Positions 1 to 8,519 of a DNA stretch of 64,000 nucleotides are shown one piece after another. A program made the translations under genes and the position numbers. The stretch lies in contig JAFXTH010000014.1 of the NCBI GenBank assembly GCA_017525035.1, positions 7,650 through 71,649 on the forward strand, in the 5' to 3' direction. Below the pieces are notes generated by a model. The model made no database searches. It saw only the letters and a list, made by a program, of their open reading frames with translations, and was not told the origin of the DNA. The stretch comes from Bacilli bacterium. Its GTDB lineage: Bacteria > Bacillota_I > Bacilli_A > RF39 > UBA660. Within the stretch, counting starts at the first letter, position 1; each line of letters starts with the position of its first letter.

Positions 1-2
1 AT

Positions 3-467
3 AACAATTCTTACTATCTAAATTATTCAATTAATAGAGAACGTGATGTTAGAGGATCAGAATTCTTAGATTATAGAGTTAAACCAACTAGTAAACAAGT
101 TAATATATATGGACATAATTCAAGAGATCCTAATGTTAAAGTAGCATTCTTAAAGCTTGAGAAGTTTTTAAAGAAAGATTACTTTGATTCTCATCCATAT
201 ATAATCTTGCAATATGATGGTGGTAAGTCTTTATATGAAATAAAAGCTATTAAAGAAATATATCAATCAAATAGAGAGCACATGTATGTTGATTTAAAGG
301 GTCAGACTTTCGTAAATCATGTTAAAGCTATGACTAGTAGTCCAATTTATTCTCGTAATGTAAGTTATGATGAAAATTCAAAAATATTAGTATTACAAAC
401 ATGTTCACATCACTGGGATAATGCATTTTATATAATAACTGCAGTTAAGTTAGATTATAAGTTTTAA
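3..467 (+). CDS. sortase-family transpeptidase (class B-like), 5'-truncated by window edge
   Basis: Frame is open from the window start and continuous with ORF 207..467. Translation shows FLDYR, NIYGHN (His motif) and VLQTC (TLxTC-type Cys motif). Confidence 0.65.
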   Translation, partial: NNSYYLNYSINRERDVRGSEFLDYRVKPTSKQVNIYGHNSRDPNVKVAFLKLEKFLKKDYFDSHPYIILQYDGGKSLYEIKAIKEIYQSNREHMYVDLKGQTFVNHVKAMTSSPIYSRNVSYDENSKILVLQTCSHHWDNAFYIITAVKLDYKF

Positions 468-841
468 TGAATGATAAAGTTATAAGTATTAATAAGAAGT
501 TAGAGTCTTTATCTAAATCTAAGTTTAGAAGTTCCTTTCACTTAAGAAAGTATATGATTTCTTATATAGATGAAAAGGGTATGGATGTTGTTAAAAGCCA
601 TGCTATAGATTTTGTTAATAATAAACTTTCACCTGCAAAGCCTGAAAACGATGGTAAACAGACACCAATGAAAGGGCATCCAGTGTTTATTGCAATGCAT
701 GCTTGTGGGTGCTGTTGCAGATCTTGTTTAGAAAAATGGCATAACATACCTAAAGGAAGAGAATTAACTGCTGAAGAAAAAGACTATATAATATCTTTAT
801 TAATGATATGGATAATAAGAGAATATAAAAAGAGTGCATAA
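467..841 (+). CDS. DUF4186 domain protein
   Basis: PENDGKQTPMKGHPVFIAMHACGCCCRSCLEKWH matches the conserved DUF4186 core as I remember it. The stop is followed by a terminator. Confidence 0.6.
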   Translation: MNDKVISINKKLESLSKSKFRSSFHLRKYMISYIDEKGMDVVKSHAIDFVNNKLSPAKPENDGKQTPMKGHPVFIAMHACGCCCRSCLEKWHNIPKGRELTAEEKDYIISLLMIWIIREYKKSA

Positions 842-851
842 CTCTTTTTTT
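827..851 (+). terminator. rho-independent terminator
   Basis: AAAGAGT-gcata-ACTCTTT hairpin followed by a T-run. Confidence 0.7.
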
Positions 852-878
852 CTTGTTATAATCTAATTGGGTGATGTT

Positions 879-1418
879 ATGATAATTCTTAAGAATGATT
901 TAAAAGGTGACTTAAATATTAGAACAGAGAAAGATTTTCCAGTAAAAGGAATAGAATTTGTTGATATTAATCCTTTAATTCTTAATAAAGATACTTTAAA
1001 TGAAATTACTGAGAAGTTTTATTTAGAATTAAAAGATAAAAATATTGACTATATTGTAGCTCCTGAAGCAAGAGGATTCTTATTTGGATCAATGGTGGCT
1101 TATAAGTTGAATGTTGGGCTTATTCCTGTTAGAAAGAAAGGTAAACTTGCTCCTAGCACTGTTGAAACAGGATTTGATTATGTTAAAGAATATGGAAAAG
1201 ATACATTAGAATTACCTAAACTTATTAATACTAGTTATGAAGGTAAAAGATTTTATTTACTTGATGATATATATGCTACAGGTAATACTTTAAAAGTTAT
1301 TAAAGAAGCTATAGAAACTTTAGGTGGTATAGTAGTAGGGGAAGGAGTAGTTATGAATATTAAAGAGTTAAATGATAATAAAGAATTATTCTCTTTAATA
1401 GACATAAATGAGGAATAG
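879..1418 (+). CDS. apt: adenine phosphoribosyltransferase
   Basis: FPVKGIEFVDI, APEARGF and the PRPP-binding loop YLLDDIYATGNT. Start moved to the ATG at 879 behind GGGTGA. Confidence 0.85.
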   Translation: MIILKNDLKGDLNIRTEKDFPVKGIEFVDINPLILNKDTLNEITEKFYLELKDKNIDYIVAPEARGFLFGSMVAYKLNVGLIPVRKKGKLAPSTVETGFDYVKEYGKDTLELPKLINTSYEGKRFYLLDDIYATGNTLKVIKEAIETLGGIVVGEGVVMNIKELNDNKELFSLIDINEE

Positions 1419-1419
1419 T

Positions 1420-1956
1420 ATGCATACTGAAATAGAAGAAAGAGCATTAGAAGTAGATAAAGAAAAGTTAATTAAGAAATTAGAAGAGTTAAAGGCAACA
1501 TTCGTTGGTGAATGGTTTCAAAAAAGATATGTATATGATTTTAATCCAGTAAGAGAAAATGAATGGATAAGATTAAGAGATACAGGTAAAAGTGTTACTT
1601 TAACTTATAAAAATGTTGAAGAAAACAGCATTGATGGTACTAAAGAATTAGAAATAGAAGTATCTAGTTTTGAAGATACTAATCAAATGTTAAATATACT
1701 TGGATATACAAGAAGAGCATATCAAGAAAACAAAAGAATAAGATATATATTAAATGACGTTGAAATAGATATAGATTCTTGGCCACTAATACCTACTTAT
1801 GTAGAATTTGAAGGAAAAGATATTGAATCTGTTAAAGAAGTAGAAAAACTACTTGAAATAGATGAAGAAAAGATTACAAGTCTCAATTGTCAAAGTATTT
1901 ATGAACAAATATATAATATCAATGTAAATGATATAAAAGATTTAAAGTTTGAATAA
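1420..1956 (+). CDS. CYTH domain protein (class IV adenylyl cyclase/triphosphatase family)
   Basis: N-terminal MHTEIEERA (ExExK-like acidic motif) and ~180 aa size. ATG 1420 sits behind AGGA. Confidence 0.6.
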   Translation: MHTEIEERALEVDKEKLIKKLEELKATFVGEWFQKRYVYDFNPVRENEWIRLRDTGKSVTLTYKNVEENSIDGTKELEIEVSSFEDTNQMLNILGYTRRAYQENKRIRYILNDVEIDIDSWPLIPTYVEFEGKDIESVKEVEKLLEIDEEKITSLNCQSIYEQIYNINVNDIKDLKFE

Positions 1957-1982
1957 TTGCTATTTTTTATAGCAATTTTTTT
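1955..1982 (+). terminator. rho-independent terminator
   Basis: AATTGCTAT-ttttt-ATAGCAATT hairpin plus T-run. Confidence 0.7.
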
Positions 1983-2019
1983 AATATTAATATATAATAA
2001 ACCACTAGGTGGGGTTTAT

Positions 2020-3681
2020 ATGGTAACAAACAAGACTTATTCATACGGAATTAGATATAAAGTTATTAAACTTGACGAAGATGAATACATTCTAAAGCCA
2101 GAGGCATTAGAAGGTGGATTATCTGATAAAATTGCATTTTCTTCTGATAATGGGATTTTCCCAATATTAAGAAATAAAAATAGTTTTACTAACAAATCTT
2201 TAGTTAGCAAAATATATTTTACTGATGAACTTGAGCAGATATATGATTATGAAGAAGATACAGATACATTAGGTCAATACTTTTATGCAGATCATGAAAA
2301 TACTCTTTTATATTGTAAGATAGATAAAGATGGGAACTTAAAAATATATGAAGTAAATCTTGATAAATATAAGAAGGGCCCAAGAGCAGTTAGTTATAGA
2401 TTTGATGAAGGAGAAACTCCTATTGCAATACTTAATGAAGCTGCTATTGATGATTTAGATGAAGCACCTGATTTAGAAACAGTAAAAAGAAGACTAGAGA
2501 AGTATAAAGCTTCATTGAAAGATATTGAAAATTGGGAAGAACAAGGAATTACAAGAGTTACTACTACTTATGATAAAATATCAGCAATAGATCTTAGAAA
2601 GACTGTAGAAGATGAAGATGATGAAGAAGAAGTAGAACAAGAAAGAGAAGGTAAAAAACAAGATGCAGTAGAAGTTGCGAAAACTGTTAATGCTATAAAA
2701 CAGGTAGAACCAGAAAGAACTTCAGATATATCGTATAAAGGATTATATGATGCCATTAGTAAAGAAGTATTAGGACATGATAAACAAATAAAAATAATTG
2801 CACGTAAACTTTATTTGAACCATATAGCAAAGTCTGGAAGAAAAGTTAAATCTATTTTAATAACTGGGCCTACTGGTGTTGGTAAAACGCAAACAGTAAA
2901 AGCAGCAGCAAGATATTTGAATGTACCATATGTATATGTAAATATATCTAAGCTTGTTGGTGAAGGTATAGTAGGAATCAAAGTTGAAGACAAACTATAT
3001 GAATTATTTAGAAAGAGTGGTAAAAAATTACCAATTGCTCAAAGGGGATTATTCTTCGGAGACGAATTTGATAAACTAAATTTCTCACAGTTAGATGTTA
3101 AAATGGCTGTTAGGCCATCACTTCTTAGCCTTACTGATGGTGAACCAATTGATGTTCCACAAATTAAAGAAGGACCATTTGATACATCAATGCTTAATAG
3201 AGTATATGGTGGTGTATTTGATCGAATTGAAGAAAAATATAGACATATGGGGTTTGGTGCTACAGAAGAAAAACTAGATGGGGAATTAACTGGTAAGAAA
3301 ATAAAAGATTTAATAATAGAAAAAGGATATTTTACTAGAGAAGAAATAAGTAGAGTACAAGTATTCTTAAGATATGGTAACTTAGATGCAGCGACTAAGA
3401 AACAAATACTATTGAATGTTGATGGAAGTTCATTAAATGATAAGATATTAAGATTTAAAGAAGACTTTGGTGTAGACTTAATTATTTCGGATGACTTTGT
3501 TAATGCATTTATGGATCAAGAAGTAACTGAAGAAGAAGGAATGCGTGATGTTGATACTTCTTTAGAAGAAGTTTTAGGAGAAGCAGAAGAAGAGTTATGC
3601 TTAGCACCTAAGAATAAATATAAAAGATTGATTTTAACAAGAAAAACAGTAGAAGATCCTACACAATTTGATTTAACATAA
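2020..3681 (+). CDS. AAA+ ATPase, ClpX/HslU-like ATPase module with a novel ~270-aa N-terminal region
   Basis: Walker A ILITGPTGVGKTQ and Walker B LFFGDEFDKL. Context (LNVPYVYVNISKLVGEGIVG) resembles ClpX. ATG 2020 sits behind AGGTGGGG. Confidence 0.65.
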   Translation: MVTNKTYSYGIRYKVIKLDEDEYILKPEALEGGLSDKIAFSSDNGIFPILRNKNSFTNKSLVSKIYFTDELEQIYDYEEDTDTLGQYFYADHENTLLYCKIDKDGNLKIYEVNLDKYKKGPRAVSYRFDEGETPIAILNEAAIDDLDEAPDLETVKRRLEKYKASLKDIENWEEQGITRVTTTYDKISAIDLRKTVEDEDDEEEVEQEREGKKQDAVEVAKTVNAIKQVEPERTSDISYKGLYDAISKEVLGHDKQIKIIARKLYLNHIAKSGRKVKSILITGPTGVGKTQTVKAAARYLNVPYVYVNISKLVGEGIVGIKVEDKLYELFRKSGKKLPIAQRGLFFGDEFDKLNFSQLDVKMAVRPSLLSLTDGEPIDVPQIKEGPFDTSMLNRVYGGVFDRIEEKYRHMGFGATEEKLDGELTGKKIKDLIIEKGYFTREEISRVQVFLRYGNLDAATKKQILLNVDGSSLNDKILRFKEDFGVDLIISDDFVNAFMDQEVTEEEGMRDVDTSLEEVLGEAEEELCLAPKNKYKRLILTRKTVEDPTQFDLT

Positions 3682-3704
3682 AAGTACCATGGGGTACTTT
3701 TTTT
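3681..3704 (+). terminator. rho-independent terminator
   Basis: AGTACC-atgg-GGTACT hairpin plus T7. Confidence 0.75.
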
Positions 3705-3755
3705 ATGCTATAATCATATTATTAGGGGCATTAATATCAGCAATAATAGAAACAT

Positions 3756-4082
3756 TTGCATCTAATGATACACTTGCTAAGTGAATACTTAAATGATGGT
3801 TATTATGCTTTAGGTAAATATTCAATTACTTGTTGTGCTGCAGATGCTGAGTTTGCTGGGTTTGTAGTAAAATCAGATACAAAACTAGATATGAACGAAT
3901 GGTATGAAGTAGTGGGAGTATTAGAATACGGAAAAGACAAAGATGGTTACAACATACTAGTAATTGATGCAGCAAGCATTACCAAAACAACTTCAAATGG
4001 TGAAAGCCAATATGTGTATACATGCAATAGCTATGGAGATGGCAGTTGCAAGGAAGTAACAAAATATGATTTAGAATACTAA
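3756..4082 (+). pseudogene. orphan C-terminal fragment of a DUF1980/TIGR03943-type protein
   Basis: YSITCCAADAEFAGFVV is the conserved CCxxDA C-terminal domain of TIGR03943 proteins. The usual N-terminal TM half and permease partner are absent, and there is an in-frame stop at 3747. Confidence 0.4.
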
Positions 4083-4118
4083 AAATATGTTAAAATAAAG
4101 TTGAAAGAAGTAGTGATT

Positions 4119-4814
4119 ATGGAATTATTAGAAATAAATCACCTAACAAAGAAATATGGTTCATTTAAAGCACTTGATGATGTAAACCTAAAAATAGCTA
4201 AAGGCAAAATAATTGGATTATTAGGAATGAATGGAGCAGGAAAAACTACACTATTAAAACTAATAAATGAATTATTAATACCTACTAGTGGAGAAATATT
4301 ATTCAAAGGAAAGAAATTAGGAATAGAATCTAAAAACGATATAGCATACTTATCAGATAAAGAATATCTAGATGAGAATATGAACGCTGTACAAATACTA
4401 AAGTTTTATAATGACTTTTATAAAAACTTTAATTATAAAAAAGCACTTAAATACCTAGATGAATTTGATATAGAAAAAAATAAAAAAATCTATAAAATGT
4501 CTAAAGGAATGAAAGATAAACTTAAACTAGTATTAGTAATATCTAGAAGTGCTTCTTTATATATAATTGATGAACCATTAACAGCAATAGATCCTATTAC
4601 AAGAGAATATATACTTGATATAGTGTTTAAAAAAATAGATAAGAATTCTAGCTTAATAGTAACTACTCATTTATTAAATGAGATGGAAAAAGTATTTGAT
4701 GAAATTATTGTTTTAGATAAAGGTAAAGTTGTATTAAATAAAGAAGTTAAAGATTTGAAGACTTCTATTAAAAGTATTTTAAGGAGGTATTCAAATGTTT
4801 TGGAAACTGTTTAA
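4119..4814 (+). CDS. ABC transporter ATP-binding protein
   Basis: Walker A GMNGAGKTT, signature MSKGMKDK and Walker B LYIIDEP. Confidence 0.85.
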   Translation: MELLEINHLTKKYGSFKALDDVNLKIAKGKIIGLLGMNGAGKTTLLKLINELLIPTSGEILFKGKKLGIESKNDIAYLSDKEYLDENMNAVQILKFYNDFYKNFNYKKALKYLDEFDIEKNKKIYKMSKGMKDKLKLVLVISRSASLYIIDEPLTAIDPITREYILDIVFKKIDKNSSLIVTTHLLNEMEKVFDEIIVLDKGKVVLNKEVKDLKTSIKSILRRYSNVLETV

Positions 4815-5493
4815 ATATGACTTTAAATCTGTTAATAAAGATTTAATAGCATTATATATATCATGTATAGTACTTTCTTTTGTAGTTATCTTTTGTGGTA
4901 ATAATAGTAATGATGCAATAATAGCAGCAAAGAAAGTATGTACGGACTTATCACTTGTTGGAATGTTTTTTCTAGTAATTATTCCTTTTTCTAAAGTATA
5001 TTTAAAAATAAGAAATAACTTATTTAGAGAAGAAGCATATTTATATTTAACACTTCCTATTAAAAGAGGAACATTATATGATTCTAAAGTATTAGTAAGT
5101 GTTCTTACTTTAATAATATCTTGGATAATACTAGGAATATGTTTTGTAAATGTGTTCTCAGGTAAGAATGTATTTTCTTTTGTATCAAAACTTTTAGATA
5201 ACTACACAGGAATAGAAAATAATATAGTATTTATACTTACAATAGCAGTTCAATTTTCTTTAATATTTATGTCTTTAATAACAGGACTAATATTTGGAAA
5301 TAAAAGAGATCATGCTAAAGACTTATTTTCATTTGTGTTTGGAGTATTAATATATCTAATAGTAAGACTATTGATTGGCTTTTTCTACGACTTAGATAAC
5401 AATATAATATCAATAGGAATAGTATTATTTGCAGATGTAATATTATATATATTAGGTAGATATGTTTACAGCAAAGGTGTAAATGTTGATTAG
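4795..5493 (+). CDS. multi-pass membrane protein, probable ABC-2-type permease partner
   Basis: Overlaps the ABC gene by 20 nt behind AGGAGG. Several hydrophobic helices. Confidence 0.55.
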   Translation: MFWKLFKYDFKSVNKDLIALYISCIVLSFVVIFCGNNSNDAIIAAKKVCTDLSLVGMFFLVIIPFSKVYLKIRNNLFREEAYLYLTLPIKRGTLYDSKVLVSVLTLIISWIILGICFVNVFSGKNVFSFVSKLLDNYTGIENNIVFILTIAVQFSLIFMSLITGLIFGNKRDHAKDLFSFVFGVLIYLIVRLLIGFFYDLDNNIISIGIVLFADVILYILGRYVYSKGVNVD

Positions 5494-5517
5494 AGCTTTT
5501 AATAAAAGCTCTTTTTT
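5492..5517 (+). terminator. rho-independent terminator
   Basis: AGAGCTTTT-aat-AAAAGCTCT hairpin plus T-run. Confidence 0.75.
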
Positions 5518-5544
5518 AATGTTATAATTACAATAGGTGGTAGT

Positions 5545-6660
5545 ATGGTAACAAAAAGACAAGAAGATTTACTCGATTTAAAATTAGATTTTCAGAAATT
5601 TGCGTGCAAAGCAGTTAACATTGCTTTTCCTTTAGTAGGTGTAATTTCCGAATATAAAAAGTTAAAAATAGTAAAATCAATGCATAGATATACTTATGCA
5701 AAACACACAGATATAGTGGGACAACCAGCACTTGTAATGGCAAAACCAGAAATAGATTATTCAAGAATTAAAAATAGAAAAGCTGCTAAAATAGTGGAAG
5801 AGTTTATAGGTGTTTTATCTAATCATTTTCCACCTGAGGTGTTAGATAATTTTTATAGAAATATAAATAATACAAAACTAGTTAAAAAGTTTTTCCACAG
5901 ATTAGTTCAAGATAATGGTGGGTTTTATGATCCAGAGCAAAAAGGTGGACCTATGATACAAGTAGAAGACTACTGTAACTTGTATCATGAACTATTTCAT
6001 CTAGCTAGTTCTATACTATTAGGAAACATATTTATATCAGGTTTTCAACAAGACGTAACAAAGGAAGACGGAAAACGTACTACAATTGGTTCAGCACTAA
6101 ATGAAGGCTATACTGAAGTAATGTCAAGAAGATATTTTGGATCTCGACATGCAATGTTAAAAGATGCTTATGTACCCCAAAGGATAATTTCAGAAAGACT
6201 AGAATATATTATTGGCAGAGAAAAAATGGAAGTGTTTTACTTAAGTGGTAATCTTAGTGGCCTAATAGAAGAATTAAAGAAATATGCAAGTGTAGAAGAA
6301 ATAATGTCATTCCTTTATGCGATGGATTTAACTTTATCTTCTCATGAGTTTAGTGATGAAGACTATGAAAAAAATCAAGGATTACTTAAAGTAATAAATG
6401 CTTTCTTAGTAAAAACTTTTGATAAAAAACAAACTATGAGAGTAGCAAATGGCGAAATTACTGATGAAGAAAGAATAGAAGAAAGTAAGGAATTCGTAAG
6501 AGGCATAATTACAGAAGCAACTATAGGAGGTCGTGTTTATGATGGACACTGCCAAGATTTAAGTTTTATGAAGATTATGCTAGGTATAGAAGGTGAATAT
6601 GAAACGCAGCAGATGCGTGATTTATTAGATTACGAAGAATCTTTACCAAGAAGTAGATAA
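5545..6660 (+). CDS. hypothetical protein with HExxH...NEGYTE (gluzincin-like metallopeptidase signature)
   Basis: HELFH at 5986-6000, then ALNEGYTE ~30 residues downstream. RBS AGGTGG. Confidence 0.45.
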   Translation: MVTKRQEDLLDLKLDFQKFACKAVNIAFPLVGVISEYKKLKIVKSMHRYTYAKHTDIVGQPALVMAKPEIDYSRIKNRKAAKIVEEFIGVLSNHFPPEVLDNFYRNINNTKLVKKFFHRLVQDNGGFYDPEQKGGPMIQVEDYCNLYHELFHLASSILLGNIFISGFQQDVTKEDGKRTTIGSALNEGYTEVMSRRYFGSRHAMLKDAYVPQRIISERLEYIIGREKMEVFYLSGNLSGLIEELKKYASVEEIMSFLYAMDLTLSSHEFSDEDYEKNQGLLKVINAFLVKTFDKKQTMRVANGEITDEERIEESKEFVRGIITEATIGGRVYDGHCQDLSFMKIMLGIEGEYETQQMRDLLDYEESLPRSR

Positions 6661-6663
6661 ATA

Positions 6664-6687
6664 AAAAAGCGAGTTATCTCGCTTTTT
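6664..6687. terminator. bidirectional terminator between convergent genes
   Basis: AAAAAGCGAG-ttat-CTCGCTTTTT, symmetric A/T runs. Confidence 0.75.
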
Positions 6688-7003
6688 AATTTTGTTCTGT
6701 ATTTAATTTATCAAGTAAATCCCCAATTCCATTAGAGTAGTCGCATATAGAGTTTTGAATTGAATTAACTAAAACAATTACTGCTTCAGCAAAATCATCT
6801 TCAGTATAATTATCATTATGAAGATCAAGTAATTCTTTATTAATAATCATTTCATTAGGAATATTAAATTCATTACACATATTATTTGTGAAAGAGGCAA
6901 GCATTTTTAATTGTTCATAGATAATGCTTTGCTTTTCTTTTAATGGTTCTTTTTTAAAATATTCCATATATTCTTCTAAAGTTTCTTTATCATCATTATC
7001 CAT
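6686..7003 (-). CDS. small acidic hypothetical protein
   Basis: 105-aa ORF with AGGTGA RBS, 4 nt after the upstream gene stop. Confidence 0.5.
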   Translation of the reverse strand: MDNDDKETLEEYMEYFKKEPLKEKQSIIYEQLKMLASFTNNMCNEFNIPNEMIINKELLDLHNDNYTEDDFAEAVIVLVNSIQNSICDYSNGIGDLLDKLNTEQN

Positions 7004-7007
7004 AGTA

Positions 7008-7475
7008 TCACCTAAATAATTTATCTAGTTGCTGTGCAACTTCTTCCTTTTTATCATTTTCTACTGTTATTGCATCAGTCCATAATTTATTAAATTTTTT
7101 GTGCTGCCCATTTAACTTAGACATAGTTCTTTTAAACTTACTCATTCCAAAGAATCTATGTTGAGCATTATATCTTGCGGCTAGAGCATGATCTGGTGTT
7201 GTTTGCCTTTCAGTACCTTGATAATAAGTATACATTCTACTTATTGGTTTTGGATTAGCTCTTTCCATTTTTGCCTCTCTAATTTCTTGTTGAAGACGAA
7301 GAATTCTATTTAATGCAGCAGTAGCCTTTTTTGGATCAGTGTACAAATCAGCATTAATTAATTCTCTAGTAGTAAACTCTTTAAATGGATCAAAAGCTCT
7401 TGTGTCTTTTCTTAAATCAAGTAATTCTTTTTGTGCAACCCATAACTGGTCTTCTAAATTTCTTAGATTTGCCAT
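7008..7475 (-). CDS. hypothetical protein (basic, helical)
   Basis: 155-aa ORF with AGGTGA RBS. First gene of a two-gene minus-strand operon. Confidence 0.55.
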   Translation of the reverse strand: MANLRNLEDQLWVAQKELLDLRKDTRAFDPFKEFTTRELINADLYTDPKKATAALNRILRLQQEIREAKMERANPKPISRMYTYYQGTERQTTPDHALAARYNAQHRFFGMSKFKRTMSKLNGQHKKFNKLWTDAITVENDKKEEVAQQLDKLFR

Positions 7476-7574
7476 TATATCACCTACATTTCTAATTCAA
7501 TTTTATCATACAACATTTGATTATTTATAAAAAATGTGGTATAATATGCAACATTATGTAAAGAGGGGATTATA

Positions 7575-8519
7575 ATGGCTAATACAATTGATTATGAACA
7601 AATGTGTAAAGATGAGTTATTAGAACTAGAAAAACAAGAACAAAGAGTAAATGAAACTCAAAGAGAAATTAGTAGACTAAAACTTGATAAGAAAACACCT
7701 AGTAAGGAAGTAATGAAAGAGGCAAGACAAACTGTTGTTCAAGAAGAACAGATAGAAGAAGATTCTTTTGAAGATGAAGTAGCATTCTATTTAAATAGTT
7801 ATAGACAATTAAGTGAAGACTTTTCAGAGGAAGAGTTAAGAGCAATACTTCCTAAAAAGAAACATCCAAAATATAAAGACATATTATTAAGATTATCTCT
7901 TGAATCAGTTAAAGAAATAAAAGAAGTTACAAACATGTTAAGAGATAATGATGTAACTGATGAAGAAGAAGAGATATGTTTTAAAGTAATGGATGCTGAA
8001 AAAAGAAAAATAGAGTTTATTAGATCAAGATTAGTACAAAGTGAAAAACAAGAAGAAATAGTAGAAGAAGAAAAGAATAATATTGTTCTTGTTCCAACGC
8101 TTTCTGGTAACATAAGAGTATTAGATGACTTAGAACATATTCCTAGTGAATACTATGATGGATTTAGAGAATTAATTAGCTCTATTGTTGATGGTACTTT
8201 TAAAGGTGTTAAAATGTTTGCAAGTAATAGTCAACTATTTGGAATAAGTGAAGTTAAAGCATTCAAAATAAGAGTAGTATTTACAAGACTTAGTAATGAT
8301 ACTTATGCCATTATAACAGCATTTGTTAAGAAAACAGATAAAGATAAATTATATAACGAATCATTAAATAATAAAGGTCGTGAATATCGTACACTTGAAC
8401 CTAAACTTAAGGAAAACTTAAACAACAGAGAGTTTATGGAAGAAAACGAAAAGAGTGTACAACAGTTATGGAATATATTAGCTCCTAAATCTGAAGCAGC
8501 AAGAAAGGAGTTGGTATAA
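7575..8519 (+). CDS. hypothetical protein: coiled-coil/acidic N-terminal region fused to a RelE/Gp49 (HigB)-like C-terminal domain
   Basis: C-terminal ISEVKAFKIRVVFTRLSNDTYAIITAFVKKTDKD resembles the Gp49/HigB toxin core (..ELRI....RI.Y.......I.LLHGF.KKT.KTP). RBS AGAGGGG. Confidence 0.4.
   Translation: MANTIDYEQMCKDELLELEKQEQRVNETQREISRLKLDKKTPSKEVMKEARQTVVQEEQIEEDSFEDEVAFYLNSYRQLSEDFSEEELRAILPKKKHPKYKDILLRLSLESVKEIKEVTNMLRDNDVTDEEEEICFKVMDAEKRKIEFIRSRLVQSEKQEEIVEEEKNNIVLVPTLSGNIRVLDDLEHIPSEYYDGFRELISSIVDGTFKGVKMFASNSQLFGISEVKAFKIRVVFTRLSNDTYAIITAFVKKTDKDKLYNESLNNKGREYRTLEPKLKENLNNREFMEENEKSVQQLWNILAPKSEAARKELV

Noticed and set aside
3-467. Possible loss of the catalytic Arg downstream of the sortase TLxTC motif (sequence ...LQTCSHHWDNAFYIITAVKL)
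   Set aside because: The gene is truncated by the window edge, and an alignment is needed to place the Arg. This cannot be judged by eye.
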